Part shown: positions 24,735 through 38,445 of the stretch, in pieces
Layout of the letters: every line of letters starts with the position of its first letter
How positions within the stretch are numbered: the stretch's first letter is position 1
Notes under the pieces: model-generated
The model's input: the letters and a program-made list of their open reading frames with translations, nothing else
What the model was told of the DNA's origin: nothing
Databases searched by the model: none
Position numbers and translations under genes: made by a program
Assembly: GCA_002269645.1 (NCBI GenBank)
Contig: NIVC01000440.1
Coordinates: forward strand, 372,001-436,000
Direction: 5' to 3'
DNA from: Macrostomum lignano
Taxonomy: Eukaryota
DNA length: 64,000 bases

Positions 24735-25676
24735 TGCAAAGGCATCGGTGACTTGGCGATGTGTTTATATTAAAAAAAGGCTTATTTATTATTATTTTTT
24801 GGATATTGAGTGGCCAAACTGCCACAGTCACAACTAAATTAAACATGATGGACAAGAAATATTAAAAGCAATTTTTTTAAAGGAAATTAAAGCATCAGAT
24901 AGCGATGCCGATAGGGCCTAGCTTATAGCCTAGCCTAGCCTAGGCCTATCATGTCCTATGCTATAGGCCTATGACTCAATACTTTAAAAGTCGGACTCAG
25001 AATCCTGAACCATAAGCCTAGCCATAGCTACGAGTCCATGACAGGTCGATCTGATTTTAGACGCATTACTATAGTATTATTATATGCCTACTAATATTGT
25101 ATAGGCAATTGACCTAAGTCCCTTCTCGTATTGCAGAATTTGCAGGCTTAAAGCCCTATTCTGTATTCTATTTTTAGTTTTAAGTTAATAGACCTCTATT
25201 AAAATTAAATCTGTGCCCTCTACTCTAGGCATCTGAAGCCTAGGCCTAATCTATATATATTATATATACTATCTATCTAAGCCAAGGCCTTAGCCTAATT
25301 TAAACTGATAGTGATATGATATAATAGGCCTATAGAAAAGTATTTAGGCTAGGCTTGGCCTAGGCCTAATTCTAGACTTTAGAGTCTAGACTTTAGAGTC
25401 TAGACTTTAGAATCTAGACTTTAGAGTCTAGACCTTGCATTTATTAGTTTGATTTTTTTATTTAGGCACAAGGCTTAGGCCCTAGCCTAGCCTTGGCCTA
25501 GCCCTGACAATTCTGGCTAAAGCTTGCTACCAGTGCCTGACCTATAATACATATATACGCAACCTCCAAAATTCAGTCAGCTGTGTAACTTAGTTATTAA
25601 TGAAAAATGCAATTATAGTTTTTACTTTTTAGCCAAAAATACAATTTATATATAAAGCAAAATTAATGTAACTTTT

Positions 25677-25752
25677 GGTAGGCCTAAATGGCAGGAGTAA
25701 CTATGACTGTCTTATTAGGCCCTAAGCCAAAATACCTCATTATCTACTTAGT
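25677..25752 (+). pseudogene. Short decayed 28S rRNA fragment (R2/I-PpoI target region)
   Basis: AAATGGCAGGAGTAACTATGACTGTCTTA matches the conserved 28S AAACGGCGGGAGTAACTATGACTCTCTTA at 26/29; the following AGCCAAAATACCTCATTATCTACTTAGT matches AGCCAAATGCCTCGTCATCTAATTAGT. Reference recalled from memory. Confidence 0.75.
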
Positions 25753-25872
25753 ACTACTTAAGACTTAGGTATTTATTTGGTTGGGCATTTTTGAAACTTA
25801 CCTTGGTTGGCTACCAAATTGGTCAGCCCGATTGGCCAACTTAGTTGATTGTTACATATATATGCTATAATA

Positions 25873-26546
25873 CAGGAGTTGGCAACCTTTTTCCACTTGA
25901 TTGCCAAATAAGATTTTTAGTTTAAGACCATGGCCGCAGGTTGTCCTCAATTACTTCAACCCTCCTCCCCCTTGGGTCTTCCTTTACCCTCTAGAATCCA
26001 TCCCCCTAGTTTTTTAACCTCGAGAATTGGCCCCCCTGGGTCTTTAGGCTACCCTCTAGTATCTGCCCCACTGGGTCTTTACCCTCCAAAATCTGCCCCT
26101 TGGGTATTTATTCTCTAGAATCCACCCTTGGGTCTTTACCCTCTAGAATCTGCCCCTAGGTCTTTACTAAATTATTACATTTGTATTCCCATTGTTGGCC
26201 TGCCACCTGCTACCACCTCACTTTCCTTTGCCACCAGTTCCCCTATTTCTTTTCTATTCAAAAGTTTGAACTGATGTGTTGTCTGTCTTCTAGAGTTTGT
26301 AAATAGCCACTTACATAATCAGTTCGTATCTGATTACTATTTACTAATTTGTCATTAATGTTGGCAATTGAGGAAAAAAATTCCCCATTTTAGTACACAA
26401 AACTTTTGTGGGAAAAACAATGAAGTTAGGCCTATAATAAAGGTGCAGGCTAGATTATAATAATTAGGATTAAGGAAATTTGTGGGCTGCATAAAAAGTC
26501 TTCATTGGCTGGATCTGGCCCACAGGCTAGAGGTTGCCCACCCCTG
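25873..26546. mobile_element. 674 bp non-autonomous hAT element
   Basis: TIRs CAGGAGTTGGCAACC / GGTTGCCCACCCCTG; 8 bp [19 protein letters not shown]; internal short tandem repeat at ~25960-26165. Confidence 0.8.
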
Positions 26547-27399
26547 CTAAAATACAATGTCTATAAAATAGGTAGGCCCTAGCTATTGTTTTTTTAATTA
26601 AAATTAGGTCTATACTTAGATTTTAATAGAGCCTAATCTAATATAAGAAGATTAGAATATAAAAATTAATTCTAGCCTCTAAGCCTAGCCTGGTAAAGAA
26701 CTTGAATTGAGCTAGGCTTAGGCCCTACATATTGACTAGGCCTAGGCCCAATTGAAAATAATTTATTAACTTCCTATATACTAAAAATGAGTTGTCTGTA
26801 TGTGGGTATGTGGGTATGCGATAGATTTCAGAAAAATTGGCTCAACCGATTTTCTTCAAACTTGCACCATTCGATCAGAAATTTTCCTGGGACGGTACAT
26901 GCATCTTGGCTAAGAAATTGCTCAATGTTAAAGGGATTAAATATTCGAAAAACATGCTTTTTTGCAAAGGTCAAGCAGCTCTTTCGACCTGAAATGCATT
27001 GTAAGAATGCTAGAGAAAAAATGACTGACTGAATTTCAATTCTGATAAAGATTGCATCACAACAAGTTGAAAACAGTGCCGGAGAAATGCGCACAAGACT
27101 TGATTAAAATTGCGTAACCAATATTGCTAACTTGAAGTGAGACTGATACTGGCTGACTGAGAAATTGATTATGTCATAACTTTTTACTCCAATTGACTTG
27201 CTGTAAGAATTGAATTATAAGGGCCACAATTCATGTTCTCCAATTGAAAAGAGATAGCCAAGATGCGAACAGACTGGACTGCTAATGTAGCGACCTGGGT
27301 TCGAATCTTGGTAGTGCAAAAAAGATTTTTTTTATTAAAACACCTAAAAAACACAAAACTACTAAACATAAAAGAAGCGCAATGTGAAACATAGAAGAG

Positions 27400-29625
27400 C
27401 TACCATGTCGAACATTAAAGAGCCAACATGTCAAACATAAAAGAGCCACCATGTCAAACCTAAACGAGCCACCATGTCTAATATTTAAGAGGCACCATGT
27501 AAAACATATAAGTGACTTTATGTCAAACATAAAAGAGCCACCATTTCGAACATTAAACAGCCACCATTTTGAACATTAAAGAGCCACCATGTCGAACATA
27601 AAAGAGCCACTATTTCGAACATTAAAGAGCCACCATTTCGAACATTAAAGAGCCACCATGTCGACCATAAAAGAGCCACTATTTCGAACATCAAAGAGCC
27701 ACTATGTCAAATATTTAGGAGCCGCTTTTTCGAACATTAAAGAACCACCATGTCAAACATAAAAGAGCCAACATGTCAAACATAAAAGAGCCAACATGTC
27801 AAACATAAAGAGCCACCATGTCAAACATTTAAGAGCCACCATGTCAAACATATATGTGACTTTGTGTCAAACATTAAAGAGCCACCATTTCGAACATTAA
27901 AGAGCCACAATTTCGAACATAACAGAGCTACGATGTCAAACATTAAAGAGCCACCATGTCGAACATTAAAGAGCCACCATGTCGAACATTAAAGAGCCAC
28001 CATGTCTAACATTAAAGAGTCACCATGTCGAACATTAAAGAGCCACCATGTCTAACATTAAAGAGCCACCATGTCGAACATTAAAGAGCCACCCTGTCGA
28101 ATATCAAAGAGCCACCATGTCTAACATTAAAAGTCACCATGTCAAACCTAAAAGAGCCACCATGTCAACCATAGAAGTGACTTTATGTCAAATATTTAAG
28201 AGCCACCATGTTAAACCTAAAAGAGCCACCATGTTAAACCTAAAAGAGCCACCATGTCGAACACTTAAGAGCCACAATGTAAAATATTAAAGAGCCACCA
28301 TGTCGAACATTAAAGAGCCACCATGTAAAACAAAAGAGCCACCATTTCGAACATTAAAGAGCCACCATGTCGAACACTTAAGAGCCACAATGTTAAACAT
28401 TAAAGAGCCACCATATCAAGCATAAAAGAGCCACCATGTCAAACCTAAAAGAGCCACCATGTCGAAAATTTAAGAGCCAAAATGTAGAATATAAAAGAGC
28501 CACCATGTCAACCATATAAGTGACTTTATGTCAAATATTTAAGAGCCACCATGTTAAACCTAAAGGAGCCACCATGTTAAACCTAAAAGAGCCACCATGT
28601 TAAACCTAAAAGAGCCACCATGTTAAACCTAAAAGAGCCACCATGTCGAACACTTAAGAGCCACAATGTAAAATATTAAAGAGTCACCATTTCGAACATA
28701 TAAGTGACTTTATGTCAAACATTAAAGTGCCACCATGTCAAACATTAAAGAGCCACTATGTCAAACATAGAAATGCCACCAAGTAAAATATAAAAGAGCT
28801 ACCATGTCAAACATAAAATAGCCATCATGTCAAACATAAAAGAGTCATCATGTGAAACATAAACGTGACTCAATGTCAAACATTAAAGAGCCACCATGTC
28901 AAACATAAATGAGACACCATATGTCGAACATTAAAGAGCCACCATGTTAAACAATAAAGAGCCACCATGTCGACCATAAAAGAGCCACTATTTCGAACAT
29001 CAAAGAGCCACTATGTCAAATATTTAGGAGCCACTTTTTCGAACATTAAAGAACCACCATGTCAAACATAAAAGAGCCAACATGTCAAACATAAAAGAGC
29101 CAACATGTCAAACATAAAGAGCCACCATGTCAAACATTTAAGAGCCACCATGTCAAACATATATGTGACTTTGTGTCAAACATTAAAGAGCCACCATTTC
29201 GAACATTAAAGAGCCACTATTTCGAACATAACAGAGCCACCATGTCAAACATGAAAGAGCTACCATTTCAAACATTAAAGAGCCACCATGTCAAACATTA
29301 AAGAGCCACCATGTTAAACAATAAAGAGCCACCATGTCGAACATTAAAGAGCCACGATGTCAAACATTTAAGAGCCACCATGTCAAACATAAAAGAGCCA
29401 CCATGTCGAACATAAAAGAGCCACCATGTCAATCATTAAAGAGCCACCATGTCAAACATAAAGAGCCACCATGTTAAACAATAAAGAGCCACCATGTCGA
29501 ACATTAAAGAGCCACCATGTCAAACATTTAAGAGCCACCATGTCAAACATAAAAGAGCCACCATGTCGAACATAAAAGAGCCACCATGTCAAGCATAAAA
29601 GAGCCACCATGTCGAACATAAAATT
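27400..29625. repeat. 21-22 nt satellite AAAGAGCCACCATGTCGAACATT
   Basis: About 100 degenerate units; a block near 27590-27910 recurs near 28970-29230. Confidence 0.95.
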
Positions 29626-29715
29626 TACACAATTTCAAACGTGAAAGTAAGCGAATTTTAAAGGAGCCACTATAATGCTAAGGAAATTGTCGCACTAGCT
29701 ACTTATTGTCTGGTG

Positions 29716-30165
29716 GATGCTTGCTATTTGGGGATGCTTGCTATCTGAGGGATGCTTTCTTTCTTGGGGATGCTTGCTATCTGGGGGATGCTTGCTATCT
29801 TGGGGATGCTTGCTATCTGGGGGATGCTTGCTATCTGGGGGATGCTTGCTATCTGGGGGATGCTTGCTATCTGGGGGATGCTTGCTATCTTGGGGATGCT
29901 TGCTATCTGGGGGATGCTTGCTATCTGGGGGATGCTTGCTATCTGGGGGATGCTTGCTATCTGGGGATGCTTGCTATCTGAGGGATGCTTGCTATCTGAG
30001 GGATGCTTGCTATCTGGGGGATGCTTGCTATCTGGAGGATGGTTGCTATCTAGGGGATGCTTGCTATCTGGGGGATGCTTGCTATCTGGGGGATGCTTGC
30101 TATCCGGGGGTTGCTTGCAATCTGGAGGATGCTTGCTATCTGGGGAATGCTTGCTGTCTTGGGAT
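29716..30165. repeat. 18 nt minisatellite GGGGATGCTTGCTATCTG
   Basis: About 24 tandem units. Confidence 0.95.
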
Positions 30166-31081
30166 GATTTCTTTTTGCATTGAACTTCCTTTGAGTATTT
30201 TGTCTGTTTTCTTTGTGAAGGCTTTTTTTGGCTATCTTTTTGTTACTTGTAGAGAACAGAGGTTCTATACAGACGTCCCCCAACGGGGGGCGAAGATTGC
30301 TAGTTTTTTGCTAAAATTGTTTATATAATAAAATAAGCTTAACATTTTATTATACATGTGTTTAAGGTATAAAGCCAAATTAAAAGGCCAATCTAGTTAG
30401 TTGGCAAGGTGCGCAGCTAAAAAAGATCACAAAAATGTTTATCTACAAAAGACACATGTAGTACCTTTTAGATTAAAAAGCATTCAGCCTTAATATTATA
30501 GTCATAGATAGTATTCTTGCTATTTATCTAAAATGATATTTTTGCTAGTAAGTCACCTTTTGGTCAAAAAATAAGTTGCATAGCCAGTATAAATTGGGGG
30601 GGGTGCATATATATATCGGATATATTATATTAGAGCTTTGTAGACAAAACTAGATTAAATATATGTAGAAAGTTGTGAGCATATAATAATTTACCTTTTC
30701 ATATTCAATTTTGATCAATAGTCTAGTTCTAAAAAAAACTAGCAAAGTCAATTTAGACAATTCCAACTAGGGTAACACTTATAAAAATCAATAAAAACAA
30801 ATCCCAGTTCAAAACAGACAAAGCCATTTCAATTCAAACATAGGCTTTTTGTCTATGGTTAAAGCTTGCTTTGGTGACAAAATGAAGAACATCAATAGAA
30901 CCAGATATCAATTCAAAGAAACAGATAAAAGAATTCCAACAGGATTTTTGTTTATGGCAAAACCCTATGGGGGGAGATAGAGAAGAAAATCAATAAAGAC
31001 AAAATGCTATTCAAAAAGAAGACACAAACACTTCAATAAAAACTGACACAACTGTCTATGGTTGAATCTTTATATATATTA

Positions 31082-32303
31082 GCAAATTCCTTGAGGGTTA
31101 AACACAGAATCCAATGCAACCCCTGCCACTTCATGTGGCCTCTATCTACCACATCAGATGCAGATAGTGCATAGTGCAGTGCCGACACTATGACAAAGAC
31201 AATGCACAAGAATCAGTTGCTGCAAGCTGGTATCTTACTTAATGATATTAAGTTGGCTCATAAAAACAAAGATCATCTTTGCAGATAAGACTTTTCAAAT
31301 GGATACCAAGATCATTATATTGCTAAGGAGATTGTCGCAGATGTTGTGGATGCTAGTAAGCATTCATTGGAAACCAAGTTGCGACTCATAATATATATAG
31401 TCTGAATTGTCTGAATTGACTTTCCCCCAGATTTTTTAGAACTGGATTTGATAAAAATTGAATGTGAAAAGATGAAGTAGCCTTATATTTTATACACAAA
31501 AACTAAAGTCAGCAGGAGCACTTGACTCAATTCTCCTATTATTAATAGCCATTTATAATCACATAGAGCCAATGCCAAAAAGCCTTTAAGTCTTGGTGAC
31601 AAAGGCTTTGGAAATTTCTATCTAATTGTTTGTAGATAGCCAACAGCAGCTGCCAATTTTATTATAGCTAGACTTTACAAGGCAGTGGCATTTTTACTTG
31701 TCTCCAAGTGTGCCCATATGCCATAATCAAATAGATCAGCATCTAGGCTATTGGGTGGCTAAAAAGGCATGCTCGCCTCTTTGAAGATAAGGAAGTTGGT
31801 CTTTCTGGCCATGTATGCAGGTGCATTTTCTTATTAATGTATGAAGTTGCCATCTGGGAACTTGGCCTGCAGCTATAGCAAAATTTTCTCCCACTGCCCC
31901 TCATGCAGGCATTATTAGCATCTATATTTCTATCAAGGAACACAATTGGCACCTTCTTGCCATTGCTAGTATTGATAAAAACATAATGCTATGGCCTGTG
32001 GGCATTCTTGGTTTCCAATGAATGCTTACTAGCATCCACAACATCTGTGACAATCTCCTTAGCAATATTATGATATTGGTATCCATTTTAAAAATCTTGT
32101 CTGCAAAGATGATCTTTGTTTTTATGAGCCAACTTAATATCATTAAGTAAGATACCAGCTTGCAGCAACTGATTCTTGTGCATTGTCTTTGTCATAGTGC
32201 CAGCATTGCACTATGCACTATCTGCATCTGATGTGGTAGATAGAGGCCACATGAAGTGGCAGGGGTTGCATTGGATTCTATGTTTAACCCTCGAGGAATT
32301 TGC
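31082..32303. repeat. 297 bp inverted repeat pair (31082-31378 / 32007-32303)
   Basis: Arms align end to end as reverse complements with scattered substitutions; 628 bp spacer. Confidence 0.9.
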
Positions 32304-32927
32304 CAAATTGACTTCCTTTAATGCTGGCTATCCTTGTGGACCCCACTTCCTTCACTCCACTGTTGTGAGCAACTTGGAGATGCTATGCAGCCTAATTGCA
32401 GCAAATGCAAATGGCAACAAAAATGAAATGTCACACACTTCAGGCTGTTAGTTATTTTTAATTTCTCTAAAAACTCTGTTGCACCTTAAATGCTATTAGG
32501 CTGTAGCTAGAAAGTATTCTCAAATACAATGATATGTTATTTATAATGCTAAAACTGTCGATCTAACTATGTCATATATACTAAACTAAAAGAACTTTAT
32601 GATTTGTTAGAAAGACTAGTTAATGACAATTTATCTATAAAGAATGTAATAAGCACTTAAGCTTTAAAAACTTATGACAATAGTTATACTGAAAGGCATT
32701 AGACAAGTTATATTTTTATTAAATTGTTTACTAGAATCTTGTAAACAGTGATTCTAGGTAAAAAAAAGGGTGCTAAATCAAAAGTTAAAGTGCCAATTGT
32801 CATTAAAAAATGAACATTTGTTTTTATCTCACAATTGCTTTTATTTTTTAAGTATTATTTGTGTAATATTTAGTAGCCTATATAGTTGTTTGAATTTTGT
32901 GTTCCCACAGTACTCTACTCATAGTAG

Positions 32928-34338
<1,411 letters not shown>

Positions 34339-34804
34339 CTGGTTCTGTTTAGAAATTTTACTTAGACAAAAGTTTTCCAACTTGCGTGACCATTTTTATG
34401 GTTGTAAACTCTGATGTCGAATCGAAAATCAAGTAAACACAGGTATAGTCGCTTAATAATTGTAGTATGCTTTTGTCCTAGGCTAATTTTGCTTGTGCTT
34501 AAATGAAGTGCTTTTAAAGTGCTTTGTTAGCCGTGTTTTCCCGACTTTTGCAGCTAACAGAAATTAATTGTCTAGTCATTAAAATGCTTTTTTATTTAGG
34601 GTTCAACGCTTTCAGTGAGGATCCAACTCTGCTGCCTTTATATTGTTTTATTAGTGTTTAATTTATAATTATCAAAATCAGCAAGCTCAGTGTGCTCTGT
34701 ACGAGTATTGAGTCCGACCAAGTATGGAGCTTTGGCGAGTAGATCGAATCCATTTTCGAGTATTTTCTAATGATATTGCCCACAAATCAACCATAGAATT
34801 GCAT

Positions 34805-35335
34805 AAACCACCTCTATATTCACCCATATACCACCTCTATATTCACCCATATACCACCTCTATATTCACCCATATACCACCTCTAGATTCACCCACAAAC
34901 CACCCCTCTATATTCACCCACAAACCACCTCTAGATTCACCCACAAACCACCTCTATATTCACCCACAAACCACCTCTTTATTCACCCATATACCACCTC
35001 TAGATTCACCCATAAACCACCTCTAGATTCACCCACAAACCACCCCTCTATATTCACCCATAAACCACCTCTAGATTCACCCACAAACCACCCCTCTATA
35101 TTCACCCACAAACCACCTCTAGATTCACCCACAAACCACCCCTAGATTCACCCATAAACCAACTTTAGATTCACCCACAAACCACCTCTATATTCACCCA
35201 CAAACCACCTCTTTATTCACCCATATACCACCTCTAGATTCACCCATAAACCACCTCTAGATTCACCCACAAACCACCCCTCTATATTCACCCACAAACC
35301 ACCCCTAGATTCACCCATAAACCAACTTTAGATCC
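34805..35335. repeat. 23 nt minisatellite ACCACCTCTAGATTCACCCACAA
   Basis: About 22 tandem units. Confidence 0.93.
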
Positions 35336-36196
35336 ACTTTTAGAGCAGCCTTAGAATCGCCCACAGACCAACCCTATAACTTGATGCTCAAAGAAATTGT
35401 ACGTAAAAAAGTCAAGTAGACAAAAATCTAAAAATCTGCAACTACTTAACTCATCCGAGTTCGGCTCGATTGCTTGGTAGGCCTCTACTTTATACTCTTT
35501 ACAATATTATTATTCTTTCTGCTTCGTGTCCCAATTAGTATCGTAAAAAACCTGCAGTTATGTGTTTTGCCTTTTCGTTTTGACCTTGGTGGACTAACTA
35601 TGGTGGATCAGTGCATCAAGTACTTACTATGCATATCACCTGCCTATCCAGATCACAGACACAAGCCATCGCTCAATGCTATTAGCTACAAGACTGAGCA
35701 AGGTCTGCTATTAAAAATTATAATTTTAACACTACTTCATAGCCAGTATTTTGGCTATAAATATTTCTTAGAAAGTGTGCTTCACTGCTGTTTATTAAAG
35801 TCCAAATTTTCTCTTTTATTCTTCTATTCGAATTTTTGTACACAACAGCTTTCATCTATAATCTTTTTAGTTGCTTTGCTGACTGCTAGTCTTCTGCATA
35901 TATCTATTATTATAATTATTATTATTATTGCTATATTCAGCTGTATGAGCGGCAGCTTATCAAGTGCGATAAAAATTAGTCTAGCGAAAAAAAAATTAAA
36001 AAGTATATATATTCAAAAAATTTTGTGCCCTACAAATGTTCTACAGCCTAATAAAACCTCGAGTTTGTTTCGATTGACTTTTATTTTTTCCAGCTATATA
36101 GCATCGGTAGAAAGTTAGTTAGTAGGTGATTAGTAGGAATTTTGCAAAAAATCCGACTATATGTTTACTTAAAATGTTATCTAGATCTATCTAGAT

Positions 36197-36870
36197 CTCC
36201 GAATCAATAAAAACACCTACCCCTCATCTTCATCAAGTGTCAAGCATCTCCGAATCAATAAAAACACCTACCCCTCATCTTCATCAAGTGTCAAGCATCT
36301 CCGAATCAATAAAAACACCTACCCCTCATCTTCATCAAGTGTCAAGCATCTCCGAATCAATAAAAACACCTACCCCTCATCTTCATCAAGTGTCAAGCAT
36401 CTCCGAATCAATAAAAACACCTACCCCTCATCTTCATCAAGTGTCAAGCATCTCCGAATCAATAAAAACACCTAGCCCTCATTTCATCAAGTGTCAAGCA
36501 TCTCCGAATCAATAAAAACACCTACCCCTCATCTTCATCAAGTGTCAAGCATCTCCGAATCAATAAAAACACCTAGCCCTCATTTCATCAAGTGTCAAGC
36601 ATCTCCGAATCAATAAAAACACCTACCCCTCATCTTCATCAAGTGTCAAGCATCTCCGAATCAATAAAAACACCTACCCCTCATCTTCATCAAGTGTCAA
36701 GCATCTCCGAATCAATAAAAACACCTAGCCCTCATCTTCATCAAGTGTCAAGCATCTCCGAATCAATAAAAACACCTAGCCCTCATTTCATCAAGTGTCA
36801 AGCATCTCCGAATCAATAAAAACACCTAGCCCATCCTCTTTATCAAGTGTCAAGCATCTCCGAATCAATA
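36197..36870. repeat. 51 nt minisatellite CTCCGAATCAATAAAAACACCTACCCCTCATCTTCATCAAGTGTCAAGCAT
   Basis: About 13 near-identical units. Confidence 0.96.
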
Positions 36871-37988
36871 GAAATCCGTCATCTTCATCAACTGTCCAGC
36901 ATCCGAGCTGCTGATTTGAGGGACTTTTTACAATTCACAACTCAAGGACCCAGGAACACTCTCAGAGGTCAACTTATGGACACAACTGGTTGGGTCAACT
37001 GTCACTATAAGTGTCTAAATAACACTGTAAAATAACCAGCTCCTAGCTAGTACAACTGACTTGGTCTTTGAAGCCATATACACAATACGTTTGCTTGGCG
37101 TATGTGTATAGTCTTTCACCAACTGCAGTTTTCAAAGTGAAAGCCGAGTACCGCAGCTCAAGCCGGCCGAAGAAACCTCCATATCCGGGTGCGATCCGGA
37201 TCTCAGTTGAGCTGAACAGCGACTGGATGCTACATTCAGGCTTTTCAATGGCGCACATGCAGTAGACTTCCCGATCAAATGAGTAGGCAGCCGCTTGGAA
37301 TCGGCGCGTAATCAAAGCTCAGGGCCAGGTAGTGCCCGGGAGGCGAGCCAATGGTCCAGCTGCAGTTCTCCGTCAGCTGGTTGGCGATGTTATTACCAGA
37401 CAGTAGGGCGAATTTCTCTTTATTAGGTTCAGCTTTGCCACTCTCGTTTCCATTGCAAACTGGAGCTCAGGTAACTTTGGGGAGCCAACAGCTCTATTGG
37501 AAGGTAAATCCAATAGAGTTATGGCTTGAAATTGCGAATAAGCGATCCAGAGTGTACCAAAAAGCAAATTTTAAGATTCTGAGTGACAGCCTACATACAG
37601 GCTAAATACCATAATTTGTATTCGCATCGACGGTGAGCTGAAATCCTGAATAGGCCCGAGCCGAGACATTGCAGCCAGGAGTCTATCAAAGCCGTCGTAA
37701 ATGAACACGCTGTCGCAGCAGGGCTCCAAGTCCATGTTGGAGACCCAGACGCAGAGCGTGTTGCCGTGTTGCAGGGTCCAATCGAAGTTCATGTTGTCTT
37801 GATAAAGACTGCCGTTCCCGAAGTTCTCATGACTGACCAGCATTATTGGAGACCAGTACTCGGCGAACAGCTCAGTTGTGTCGTAGGCGAGTTCGGCCGT
37901 GCGCACGAGCTGGCTTCCGTTGCAGTCTGTATTAAATAAAGGCTGCGATACGTTTGCTCACTGGATGACCGCAACGAAGCTGAATGTA

Positions 37989-38445
37989 TTGGGTTATAGC
38001 AAAAGTTTCGAGCGTTTTCTTTAAACTTCTAGAACTTTCTCTTTCTCGCTGGCGCGAAAATTCGATTTCTTCACGACAACGCCCGACCTCACGTGGCGAA
38101 GAAGACACTGCAGAAGCTGCTCGACCTGGGCTGGGAAGTCATGCCCCACCCTCCATACTCGCCTGATCTTGCGCCATCTGACTACCACGTGTTCCGCTCT
38201 ATGCAGAGCCACATAAATGGTGTGACGTTAAAAGATGAGGAGGAGGTGACAGCCTGACTCGAGCAATACTTCAAGTCGCTGCCGCCTGAGTTCTTTAAGA
38301 AGGGCATCCATGATCTCATCGGCAGATGGCAACAGTTCATTGATCAGGATGGTGATTATATCCTGGAATAGAAACTGTTGTGGGACTGGAAAAATGAATT
38401 CAAAGTTTGAGTACAAAAACGCTCGGAACTTTTGTTACAACCCAA
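37989..38445 (+). mobile_element. Internally deleted mariner (Tc1/mariner, D34D)
   Basis: 30 bp TIRs TTGGGTT(A/G)TA(G/A)CAAAAGTT.CGAGCGTTTT with TA TSD on both sides; transposase C-terminal remnant HDNARPH..HPPYSPDLAPSDYHVF..GDY with one TGA. Confidence 0.95.

Larger units (their letters stand above)
26772..30303 (+). mobile_element. Non-autonomous Helitron carrying two internal satellite arrays
   Basis: 5' TCCTATATACTAAAAATG; 3' hairpin CGTCCCCC-AAC-GGGGGGCG about 7 nt before terminal CTAG followed by T; no Rep/helicase ORF. Confidence 0.7.

Noticed and set aside
27250-27320. tRNA-like remnant with GGGTTCGAATC B box
   Set aside because: A box and stems are too degenerate to call.
35474-36118. 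214 aa hydrophobic ORF; minus-strand SLVANSIERW resembling GPCR TM3
   Set aside because: AT-rich low-complexity frame starting at a non-ATG codon; the ERW match is short and has no supporting neighbouring helices.
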